NCBI RefSeq assembly: GCF_000981445.1 | Contig: NC_027218.1 | Location: forward strand, 1,364,001 to 1,428,000 | Direction of reading: 5' to 3' | Source: Babesia bigemina | Lineage: Eukaryota | DNA: 64,000 bases | Shown here: piece by piece, positions 10,479 through 20,215 of the stretch | Layout: each line of letters starts with the position of its first letter | How positions within the stretch are numbered: the stretch's first letter is position 1 | The notes under the pieces: generated by a model | Told to the model about the DNA's origin: nothing | Databases searched by the model: none | What the model saw: only the letters and a program-made list of their open reading frames with translations | Made by a program: the position numbers and the translations under genes

Positions 10479-12080
10479 CTATTTCGCCACTTTGTTGCCG
10501 TCCTCGCCGATGAACACAGTAAACGTGTCGACGTACAGGCTGTTGTTGGGAACATCCACAAACTTGATAGTTTCCTCTTTTATGAGCGGTATGTAGAACC
10601 GTCTCACCGGTTTCTTGATTTCCTTCTCGTAGTATTCGTCCAAAGTGTAAATCTGTTCTCCTTTCGTGCTTTGGGCCTCTTGGCCATTAGACACATGTTC
10701 GTGGTCGGGAGATTCGGTAACCACACCAGCGTCGTGCGCCCTGTCATGTTCAAGAGCGATGGAGTAGTTGGTGAACTCCCTATTGCAAATGCTGCACGTA
10801 TAGTATTTCACATAATGGACGCCCATCATATTGGAATTGGCCAATACCTCTTCTGCGTCTATCACGTCGTCCGCCATGTCCAGGTCACGATCCGTGACTA
10901 CTGTCACCTTTTTGGATTTGACGACTTCGGACGCTGCAGGCGTCTCACCATCCAGTTCAGCAGAACGTTTTGTGAGTGCCAGCAGCGTTTGCAATGATAG
11001 CCTGATATCCATTTCCACTTCGATCAGATCCTCAGTCAGATTTGCTAATTTGGGATGATGGACCAGGTCTTCCCGGTGCCAGAACCCGACCACTTTCCCT
11101 AGACAGGTCTTCGTTTTGTCGTTGAACAGGTACACGTTGAGGTTCAGGATATCCCTGGAGTAATAGCAGTCCTCTTCTAGAGGCGGTACGTCCCTGATTG
11201 AAACAGACAGGAAGGCTCCGTTGAGCCTCAACGCTTGGTCCTTGGTGTCGACCCCCTCTAGTTTTAGGCGGTAGGTTTTCTCACCGTCCAGAAGCTTCCC
11301 TGAATCGATCTTTATCGGCATGACCGTCTCGTCACGGTTGGGGAACTTCAGGAACCTGTACCCGGGCTCGCAGAGTTTTATTTCCGGGTTGCTGCACAGC
11401 GACCTCACTTTAACATGCCCCCGCAATCCGTGTGGCGACAATATTTTACCTATAACGATGTATTCATCCAGGGGTGTTGAGAACAATATGCTTTTATCAA
11501 GCAATATTGCGTTGGGGCATTTTACTTGTGGCTGCGGGTCGGGAGCCGCCACTGGCTTCGCTAACGGTTTGGGTGGCTTTTCTGATTTCCGTGGAGGTGA
11601 TGAGCCACTTCCCGCTAATTTCGCACTCTCTTGTTTCTCCTTTTCTATATGGTGTTTGATGTACTTGTTTATGTCAGCCACAAGATCAGGGTCAGGGGCG
11701 TTTGGCCTGCTGGATGTGCTCATCAATTCCTCCTTAGGCATGGGAGCAAATATATTGAAAGTCCTCGCCAGCCTTTCCTCCTGCGTTTCGACTTCTTTCC
11801 GCAGCCCGCCCTTGAATCCCACCTTGGAATGTTTGCTGCGCTTGTAGTACTTGTTGGGAAGGACGAGGTCGTCCGTATCCCACCCAACGTCTGCAGGAAA
11901 ATCGTTAGCCGCGTTGGAGTCCGCTATGCGCGACGGCCTGTAGGCGGAAACATTATGCCCGCAACTGATAAATCCTGCATGAGACGCGATAGAAGCGCGC
12001 TTTATGCCGAACGTCGTGGCCAGATTGCAGACGAGGGCCGACGCACAGATAACAACGTAGCAGAATCCCATTCCTGACAT
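10479..12080 (-). CDS. rimM: Ribosome maturation factor RimM-like, probably apicoplast-targeted
   Basis: YIVIGKILSPHGLRGHVKV, LKLEGVDTKDQALRLNG, PPLEEDCYYSRDILNLNV and IPLIKEETIKFVDV are RimM motifs. N-terminal signal peptide followed by a transit-like region. Confidence 0.8.
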   Translation of the reverse strand: MSGMGFCYVVICASALVCNLATTFGIKRASIASHAGFISCGHNVSAYRPSRIADSNAANDFPADVGWDTDDLVLPNKYYKRSKHSKVGFKGGLRKEVETQEERLARTFNIFAPMPKEELMSTSSRPNAPDPDLVADINKYIKHHIEKEKQESAKLAGSGSSPPRKSEKPPKPLAKPVAAPDPQPQVKCPNAILLDKSILFSTPLDEYIVIGKILSPHGLRGHVKVRSLCSNPEIKLCEPGYRFLKFPNRDETVMPIKIDSGKLLDGEKTYRLKLEGVDTKDQALRLNGAFLSVSIRDVPPLEEDCYYSRDILNLNVYLFNDKTKTCLGKVVGFWHREDLVHHPKLANLTEDLIEVEMDIRLSLQTLLALTKRSAELDGETPAASEVVKSKKVTVVTDRDLDMADDVIDAEEVLANSNMMGVHYVKYYTCSICNREFTNYSIALEHDRAHDAGVVTESPDHEHVSNGQEAQSTKGEQIYTLDEYYEKEIKKPVRRFYIPLIKEETIKFVDVPNNSLYVDTFTVFIGEDGNKVAK

Positions 12081-12127
12081 GCATAGTTTAAGTACCGCTT
12101 AACGAAGTTTGAACCGCTACTTCGGAG

Positions 12128-13699
12128 TTACCATATCCCAGCCAATTGGTCGTACACCGTTTCCACCCTTTCCCGAGGCGCAGAATCCAACGATCCTTCG
12201 AGGGTGCTTTCGTACTCGCTGCCACCAATGGGAGTGCTCCCAACGTTGCTGTTAGGCCCTTTTACAGTTTCTAATTTGGCTGCTGGCATAAAATCTAGCG
12301 CCAGCGTTCTGTATATGAGGTCCCGCTGCTGCCTGCTCAGGTTGCCGAATCCGGCTGGCGTCTCTTGTGTCGGAGTTTTCTCATGTGACGGCTCCTCGAA
12401 GATCTCCTCGTAGATATCCCTGGGTTCTGCCTTCGGAGTTGCCCGAACTGGCGATTTAACGGGTTCTATAACCCGCTCTTGAACCGGCTCCGGCACCCGT
12501 TCTACAACCGAAGCCGTAAAGGACTCCGGAATCGGTGTTGGGTCTGTCTTTGGCTCGTACTCTGCAGGTGTGGCTCCAAACGTTTTTACCGATTCTGCTA
12601 TTTGCGTGGTCTCTTCGGCGTTGCTATTTTCCAGCTGTATCGAGCTCAGCCACAGCGACCCACTCCAAGCCTTGTTCTGGTTGGAGAGGAACAGACTGTC
12701 ATACGCATCTCCGTATTCCTGTCCCGCGGCCTCGGCGATGATTTGGTGGATGCTAATTTGCCCGGTGGTGTTTTCTGCAAGGTCCACCGCTTCACCAAAG
12801 AGCACTATGACGGGGTCTCCCGCATGCCTCAGAAGCAGCGACAGGGGGCTCTTGAGCGATTCACAGAACGAGGATAGCGATAGAAGTTCCTTCAGCGATA
12901 TTGTGATGTCCTTGGGCGGTTCCACCCTTTCGTCGAATTTGAGCTTTAGGAAGTGACTGCTGTTGATAGTTATTTTGCCCGAGATGCCGGCGCGCCTGCT
13001 TGCTCTCGTTTTGGTCCTTCCTGTGTTTTTCACAGAGCTTTTGACGATCGTCAGGGACACGTGATCTTTTTTGGCGTCATAAGCTATGGCGATGTCATCG
13101 AATGGCGACCAGTACGGGTTTATGCTCTTGTACAGTATGGTCGGCTGGATCCTGAGGTAGTGCCAGTTGAGCCAGTCGATGTCATCCGGCACGGACAGTT
13201 TCTGTTCCTCGTATGAGATAATGGCTGATCGCTGAATGTGCTCCCCAGCGCAGCTCAGGACAAAGGAGAGAACGTTGCCGTGCTCCGCCTCCTCTCTGAT
13301 GACGAGTTTCTCCAGCGCAACCGTCGTCCTCACGGTGTTGTCATCGCCCTGTCCCACGTCTTTGAGGAACACTGCGCAGTACCCCTGGCTCCTGTAACCA
13401 GCTGGCGACACAATCGATAGCGCTTGGCAGATGTTTTTGGTGGAGACTAGCCAGTATTTCCCCTGGGAGGTTTCGTATTCCTCGTCCTCCTCCCTTAGGT
13501 CGTGCTCCTGCAGCTGTATGGACCTGAAGAACTGCCTGCCCAGCTGGATGTGTAGCCACGCCGAGTTTGAGCCGTTGAGTGCGTACAGGTTCAGCCCGTT
13601 GTTGGTGGCGACTATTTGAACGTTGGAGGAGACATGGCGGAATAGAATGAAGATCTTCTTCAGCAGGAGGGTGTGACTGGCGTTCAGTTCATATTCCAT
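12128..13699 (-). CDS. RAD9: Rad9-like checkpoint clamp (9-1-1) subunit
   Basis: GLNLYALNGSNSAWLHIQLGRQFF and ISLKELLSLSSFCESLKSPLSL..AGDPVIV fit the Rad9 PCNA-like fold; disordered acidic C-terminal tail. Confidence 0.65.
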   Translation of the reverse strand: MEYELNASHTLLLKKIFILFRHVSSNVQIVATNNGLNLYALNGSNSAWLHIQLGRQFFRSIQLQEHDLREEDEEYETSQGKYWLVSTKNICQALSIVSPAGYRSQGYCAVFLKDVGQGDDNTVRTTVALEKLVIREEAEHGNVLSFVLSCAGEHIQRSAIISYEEQKLSVPDDIDWLNWHYLRIQPTILYKSINPYWSPFDDIAIAYDAKKDHVSLTIVKSSVKNTGRTKTRASRRAGISGKITINSSHFLKLKFDERVEPPKDITISLKELLSLSSFCESLKSPLSLLLRHAGDPVIVLFGEAVDLAENTTGQISIHQIIAEAAGQEYGDAYDSLFLSNQNKAWSGSLWLSSIQLENSNAEETTQIAESVKTFGATPAEYEPKTDPTPIPESFTASVVERVPEPVQERVIEPVKSPVRATPKAEPRDIYEEIFEEPSHEKTPTQETPAGFGNLSRQQRDLIYRTLALDFMPAAKLETVKGPNSNVGSTPIGGSEYESTLEGSLDSAPRERVETVYDQLAGIW

Positions 13700-14076
13700 C
13701 AGTGCTTGCTCTGTTGTCTTCCTCGAGCCGGCGGTTCCGGTACCCGTGGCAACGGCTCGGCGTGCCTCTCAGGGAGTGCGGTGGAAAGGATTCTCGAGGT
13801 TACAATTAGCTCAATATCGTACACATACTATAAATACTACCTTTCAAATAGAATGACAGTCGTTTCGCATGTGCAAACGACATAGAGGGTGTGGAATCCC
13901 AGCGTCGACGTCACACCTCACCGCTCGGCGAAGCGCGAATGGCGTTGCCAGTGGAAGGTTCAGCCATTATTTATCAAATGCCATTATGAGCGAGCGGGAG
14001 TGGTTGCCTGCCAGTTTGGCTCCTCACCCATGCAGTTCCTCGGTGTGTATAGTCGAGCAGCTGCCGTTGTCGCTTT

Positions 14077-15459
14077 GTGCAAGGTGTGATTAAAGGGAGC
14101 AAACCGCTGCAAATGGGACCCTTTGACGGCCTCATTGCGAGCAGCACTTGTCTAAACCGTGTAAAGTTGCTCACCAGCGCCGGCTTGGAGAAGCTGCTGG
14201 TCGGCGAGATCTCCGGCATCTCAAGCGACTGCAACATCCTCTCCGGAGGTCCGTGTTACGTGGACGCACGTGCCAGCCTGTACCATGTGTGGAAGCTGAT
14301 GCTCGAGAGCCGGCTGTGTGAGCAGCTGTGGATGCATGTCTGCGATCCCTTCCCCGTTCGACACAGCCGTACCTTCTTGCGCACCCTCAACAATGCGGAG
14401 TGGAAGGGGTTCATGCCCTTCAGCGCCAATCTACCGCCACCGTATGTACGTGTTAATTGCAAGGACTCGACGCTGTACCACACGGGTATGATCAAGAAGA
14501 TGGTGCACCAGGTCATCAAGGGCCACTGCCACAAATCTGTGCAGCTCCAGGGGGATTCGCTGCCGGAGATTATGCAGCGACGAGGGCACCTGCCAGTGTG
14601 TCCAACGCTCATGGTGAATATAGACAACGACATGTGCGAGGTTCTGGCCAACGCCTCCGGGGATATTGGCGAGCGGCCTTGGACGACCGCCTCTGCACTG
14701 GATGCCCGCATAAGCCCCGCCGCAGTTTCCGCTATCGCAAATAAAATCGACCTCATCCAGCGCATCAGGAACAACAGTATAACCGCCATATGGGATCCGC
14801 TGTGCCACAACGGCTCGCTGCTGCTGGAGCTGTATTCCATCTTCCGGGGCCACCGCCTGCGCGCGGTTGATCATGTCTACCCCATGAGCAACTTCCCGTT
14901 GAACGTAAGGAATGTTTACGAGGATGCGTACGAGTCATGTGCTCCCAATGGATATTCCGGGGCCCCGCTAAAGCTACTGGGCACTGATGTATTTGATAAG
15001 CATGTGGCGGATGCGAAGGCCTGTTTAGGTCGATATCTTAACTCCCCCATTCATTCTCACAAGCGAAAGCAAAACAAATTCACCAGTTCTGAGGGAGGAG
15101 AACATGCTGAAAGCGATCCTGATGCAGAAAATAGTGCACCCTCAACCGAATCTGCCGACGGTGTTACCCTCACCTTCTCACCTCAACCTATGGAGGAGGT
15201 AGATGTTAGCTGTGGCAACACTATGGTGTTGACAAATCTGTACTACGGTGATAAAGGGCGTCGGAAGGAATTCCTAGAAGCGCATCGCAGGTTTGAAGAA
15301 GTGCTGATGCGGTCGCCGCGGGCGTTGCTGCAGAATGTCTACGTGGTGGCAACCGAAGGACTGCGCACCCGTTCGAGGTTTTCCTGGGAGCCCGAGCTCC
15401 ACTTCAACAACGGCGGCGTGTTGGTGTCGCTACTGAAGCTACGTGGCGTGAAAACATAG
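14077..15459 (+). CDS. THUMP/RlmL-like RNA methyltransferase family protein (5' end uncertain)
   Basis: AGLEKLLVGEI, LESRLCEQL, STLYHTGMI, IWDPLCHNGSLLLE, LLGTDV, TNLYYG and FNNGG follow the RlmL/UPF0020 motif order. The ORF begins at GTG after a probable acceptor, so an upstream exon is likely. Confidence 0.6.
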   Translation: MQGVIKGSKPLQMGPFDGLIASSTCLNRVKLLTSAGLEKLLVGEISGISSDCNILSGGPCYVDARASLYHVWKLMLESRLCEQLWMHVCDPFPVRHSRTFLRTLNNAEWKGFMPFSANLPPPYVRVNCKDSTLYHTGMIKKMVHQVIKGHCHKSVQLQGDSLPEIMQRRGHLPVCPTLMVNIDNDMCEVLANASGDIGERPWTTASALDARISPAAVSAIANKIDLIQRIRNNSITAIWDPLCHNGSLLLELYSIFRGHRLRAVDHVYPMSNFPLNVRNVYEDAYESCAPNGYSGAPLKLLGTDVFDKHVADAKACLGRYLNSPIHSHKRKQNKFTSSEGGEHAESDPDAENSAPSTESADGVTLTFSPQPMEEVDVSCGNTMVLTNLYYGDKGRRKEFLEAHRRFEEVLMRSPRALLQNVYVVATEGLRTRSRFSWEPELHFNNGGVLVSLLKLRGVKT

Positions 15460-15483
15460 CGCCGCTGCTAATCGGCATTACAA

Positions 15484-15974
15484 CTAGCAGTTTTTTAATA
15501 TAACGTTGAGCGCCCTCATGATCTCTGTATTGTCCTCCACCGGCGCCCTCTCTAGCGCTGACTGTGCGCATTTTGCGATCTCGTCCTTCGCCCACAGGTA
15601 GAACTCGTGTAGGTCTTTGGAGTCCTGCTCGGCAAGCTTGCGGCATTCAAGCTTGTAGTCCGCCATGACCATGTCAAACTCGTTCTTGAGTTCCACTATT
15701 TCCGCCTGGCGCTTCTGTAGTCGTGTAGCGAGCGCCGTTTTGTGCTGCCTCAGGGCCTTCATGGTCTCCTTGACCTGCAGTGCGAATGAAGCTGTGGCAC
15801 GGTCTTCGTACCTGCGCCTTCCGACGTTCGATCTTGGCCTCGAGGCGGCGCGCTTGCGTCTCCCTCATTTGGCTGCGTGATATGGGCGCCTGAAGCCAAC
15901 ACATACCGCGCCTCCTCCAGGGACATGCCGCCGGCCGCAATGGAGGCCAACTGCTCCATGACATCGCTTGTCAT
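15484..15974 (-). CDS. Small coiled-coil hypothetical protein (spliced)
   Basis: ORF segments 15759-15998, 15674-15964 and 15484-15762 can be joined by short introns (gtacgaag...ctgcag ~15776-15811). Heptad-rich sequence. Confidence 0.5.
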
Positions 15975-16095
15975 TTTATACTGAAAACACAATCTCATTC
16001 AGGTAGACACAACTCCTGGTAACTAGTTTTTAAATATTAGTTGCGAGTTTATCATTTTCCCTGCAGGCCGAAATTTCAGCGGCTTTAATTTCCCC

Positions 16096-19000
16096 TCACA
16101 GCATAGGGAGACGCAACCCGTGCACCGGTTTAAACTGCTTGATATCCCGGATGAACTGCTTCAGCTCCTCTTTGTTGAAACCGTAGTTCACCTTGTTCAG
16201 ATTGCGCCACTCCTTCGAAGTGATACGGACTTTTGGCCGTGGCTTTTCTGTTGCTTCCTCAGCACCGCTGTCGTCCTGCTTCTGCTCCACAACCTCATCT
16301 GGCATCTCAGCATCGACATCTTCTGGCTCTATATAGTCGTCCGCACGGCTGCCAGCACCGCTTTTCAGCCTCACCAGGGACATCTCAAACTGCTCTGCCT
16401 TCGGCGCCCTCGACATCCTGCAAAAATATGTCGCTGGTCGGACTCCGCCTACCTCATGAGTTGCGTATAGAGCCCCTTAATCTGAGTCATCCCCCGCTTT
16501 TCGAGGTGCATTGGGAATTTATCCGGCTCCTTCACAAGCTCCGACACGGCTGGCAAAAGCGGTTTTCCCTTGGATGAGAAATACTCCTCGCGTAGCTCCT
16601 CCTCCGGCATCTTGTAGTCGACCCACGTTTCGTAATGCAGCGTCTTTCTGTACGCGTAGAAGAGGTCGTCGGGAATGGTGCGGTGGCGATGGCGCATGTG
16701 CGACATCAGTGAGTTGTTGGGATGCGACAGGATTCGCAGCACCCTTTGCAAAGCCTCGCGCGCCTCCTTGTCCATCACGAAATCGTTGCGCACATAGCGG
16801 TCGTACTGCTCGAGCTCGTCCATCTGCACGAAGTCGCCAATCTTCCCCGACCGCGGGACCAGCGACGCGAAAATGAGTTTCTCGCGGTCAGTAGCGTCGT
16901 ATATGGCTTCGAGGTAGAAGTCCTGTATCCCAGAAAGCAGCAGCTTGATGCTCCTCTCGAAGTACAGGGGTTCCTTGGGCTTCACCTGACGCCTTTCCAG
17001 GGGGTCGCGCATACGCTCCAAAAGGCTGTAGAAGGACCGCCCTCTGGAGTCGTAGAAAAAAGCCTTGATTTCTCCCTCCGTGCGTAGTCTTGCCATGTCC
17101 AAAGTGCGCTTGAACTTCCACAACTCTCGTCCATTCAGCAGTTCCTCGATAAGCGCCATCCGTATTTCGCGGTTGTGTAGGTAGTACCTGGGCGGTGCGA
17201 TGGCGTAATCTGGGTGGTCGTCAAACTCTATAGTGTAGCTGCCGAAGTTCGCCATGTCTATGGGGACGTGGCGCCGTTTTTCAGTTTCCTCCCGGTACTG
17301 CCGAGCCACCCTGAGCAGCGATGTCGTCAGCGATGCCGGGGCCAACGGCCGCTGCCTCCCGTTGATGGTCTGATCCAGAACGTTCTCCGTGCCCATTGGC
17401 GACAGCGACTCATCTATGGCGTGCACGAATGCCGTTTCCGTAATTGCAGGCTGCAGCGCAAGATACTTATCGTATTGCGGCGACCCTGGCGGCGGGATGC
17501 AGAGCCCGTCCATCCAGATGAGGTTGAGGCGCTTCTGCTGCTCGAACCTGCTGAACCCGAACGACTGTTTGCCCTCGTTCACCTCGTTTAGCCAATGCGT
17601 GAATGCCGTGTACTTGAAGCTGTCATGGCCGCCGATCTCCGACCGCGTTTGCATGTAGCGCATATTAACCTGATTTTGCGATATCGCGGCAACCCGCGCA
17701 TTCACGAACGATCCCGGCGCGGCTGTTTTCGACTTGGGGACTAGTTTCATGATCCCCACGAAGTAGTCGTCCGCTAGTGTGAAGTCGGGTTTCCGGAGGT
17801 AGTTAATGGCCAGGTAGAGGTATCCGTCGTCCTGCCCAAGGACGAGCGAGGGGTAGGAGGTGTACATCTTCAAATCCTTCATCTCCTCTACCTTCTGTTC
17901 AGTCCTGAGGCGCATGTATTTGCTGGACGTGTATGACTCACAGTTTCTTGAACGCCTTCTCGAGCTGGCCCTGCGGCTTGCAGACGTTGAGCGTTGTGAG
18001 CTCGATGCTCTGCACGGACCTGGAGACCTTCACCTTGCCATCCGAGTATAACGTCTGCGGCACCTTGTACTCGTGTACGCGCACGAACATGCAGTTGTCG
18101 TAGTTGAAGCCGTAGTTCAGCTTCCCGACGTTGATCATGGTATCGTGGTAGTAGAAGTGCTCGTTGGGCATGTTGAGGCGCTTGAATGTCTCGTTCAGGA
18201 GCCCCTCGGGGCTGAAATACGGCATTTGGCTCAGGAATATGTGCGCAGCGTAGTTGCTTTCGGGGATGGGCTTGCCCGCCACGCGCAGCTGGATGGACTC
18301 GCCGTGGTCCTCCTCGTATTGCGCGCGGAACCATCTTCCCGTCTTGACGTAATGATGCAGCATCTCGTCGTACAGCACCTTGAGGTTCTCTTCGCGCAGC
18401 TGCTCGTTGCCAATCCCGTTCCTCGTGAAGTAAACGTGCTGCAGGTCGGGGTCGGCCGCGGCCAGGTACACCTGCGGGCGATGCGGCAATGGTCACGTCA
18501 CACCTACCATGACGCGGTCCCCTGGGTTGTCTTTCGGCAGAGCCATGGAGTACGCATTGAAGCCCTCCAGATGCTCGTCCAGAAGCTGTAGCACCAACAA
18601 GTCGCCGTCCCGTTCCTTGATGACGGCCATGTACGGTGAGATTGGGCACGTGGGCTTGACGGACTCCACGGCCATCGCCATGTACGCCTGCCGTTTGGTC
18701 TCGACGATGCTGGGCGACCAGACCTCGCCCAGCAGTTTGTTGCCATAGACATCCACGTCGGTGACGATGAACTCCATCTGGTCGTCCCTGAACCAGCAGT
18801 GCGGCTGCTTCCGCCCTGCAATGCGCGGTGTCGAGAGCTGCCTAGGCCTGATTTCGCCCCCAACACCGAGGTCGTAACTCAATATTTGAGTGGCAGTGGT
18901 GTCCTTCTTGCAGTCGTCGGGGTATATAAGCCGGGGCCTCATGTGGGTCATGCGCTTACGCACGGGCATCTGCCTGGCGCGTATCAGCGTGTCCCCTACG

Positions 19001-19503
19001 AGCTCGTCCACCGACTTTTGCGGCACAAACTCAGGTTGACCGAACGACTCGAGTATTTTGTCGAATCGGCTTCGTTCTTCGTCACTGAGGAACACTAGCG
19101 ACTCCCGGGCAACAACGAGCGGCGCCTCCGCTCCGATGTCAACTTCGACGGTGCCATCCTCGTTGCGCCGTTCCGGCACGCCGACGACGATTTCCCCGCA
19201 TCTCACCTTGCTAACGCTTACCGGCACGGTTGGGGCGGCGTACGCCGGCAGTGCGCGATATCCGAATCGAGCATTTTGCAGCCGCCGGCTGGCGCCGACA
19301 CCCTCGCCACCAGCGAAACCATGGTGTCCTCCCAAAGCGTTTCCGGACGTTAATGTAGCGCCGTTGGCAGTTGAGATGCTGAGAGCCCCGACACCTAGGA
19401 GCGCGACTTCATTCACGAAGCATGTACAGAGCAGTATGATCAGCAGCAGACGAGAGGTTGTAGGAAGCGTCGAGCACGGTCGCGCCGCGGAATTCACAAC
19501 CAT
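16096..19503 (-). CDS. Large 4-exon protein with signal/transit leader and S1-like RNA-binding segments (apicoplast ribosomal protein S1-like, tentative)
   Basis: ORFs 18493-19503, 17938-18489, 16449-17915 and 16096-16416 abut across short GT..AG introns. Hydrophobic signal LLLIILLCTCFVNEVALLG; GEIVVGVPERRNEDGTVEVDIGAEAPLVV resembles an S1 domain. Confidence 0.5.
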
Positions 19504-20215
19504 GTGATCTACACTGGACAGTGCGCCAGATGCTGCGCTGCACCAACGTTACAATAGTTGCGATGCCTTCTCGAGCGGGGGTTGGCGGTACGGAGTTCGC
19601 TGCGCTCTCGACGACAAGCCCGGATGGGCTAGCATCGGGACCGCCGCCGTGCGATTATAAGGCCAGATTCCACTGTAACAACCCCTGTCTAGGTCACTTT
19701 GTGCATGATTCCGGTTTCGCATAGCACGTTAGGCAGTAGTCACGGGATTCCACATATTGCCCTGGATTTCTCGCACATTCGTGACTGTTGGCGATATATT
19801 TATGCTGCGTTGCTCGAGGAGTACAATATTCTGTGTTTTATATAGCCTCGGTCGGTCAGTAGTCGAGGCTGCCATTGAGCGGCCTGCCTGTGCACGACAG
19901 TGTCGTAGGTGTTCCATGTGCACTTACAATTCTACTAGACGTGGGCTGGTAGCGTGTTCATGGTTGTAAGATTTTAATTGATTTGTGGACATCGTCAGCA
20001 CACATTCCACGTTTGGCGGCTCGGTGTCTACTGCTTCGCGAGACTGGGTAGACGTTCTGTTGCTCAGGTCTTGTCGGCAGCGCAGCGACTCGCGGAGTGT
20101 CCAGCGTACTCGTGTTAGCGACATATCGAGGCTACTATCGGCTGGTTGCTCCCGCTTTATGCTTTTCCGTCCCTCTTGTCGGCTCCTTGGTCGTTGTCTT
20201 CAGCACGAGCGCAGG

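Noticed and set aside
10479..12080. Bacterial-type genes (rimM, engB, L3, RlmL-like) as contamination or recent HGT
   Set aside because: They carry organellar targeting leaders and/or sit among intron-containing genes; an endosymbiotic origin explains them.
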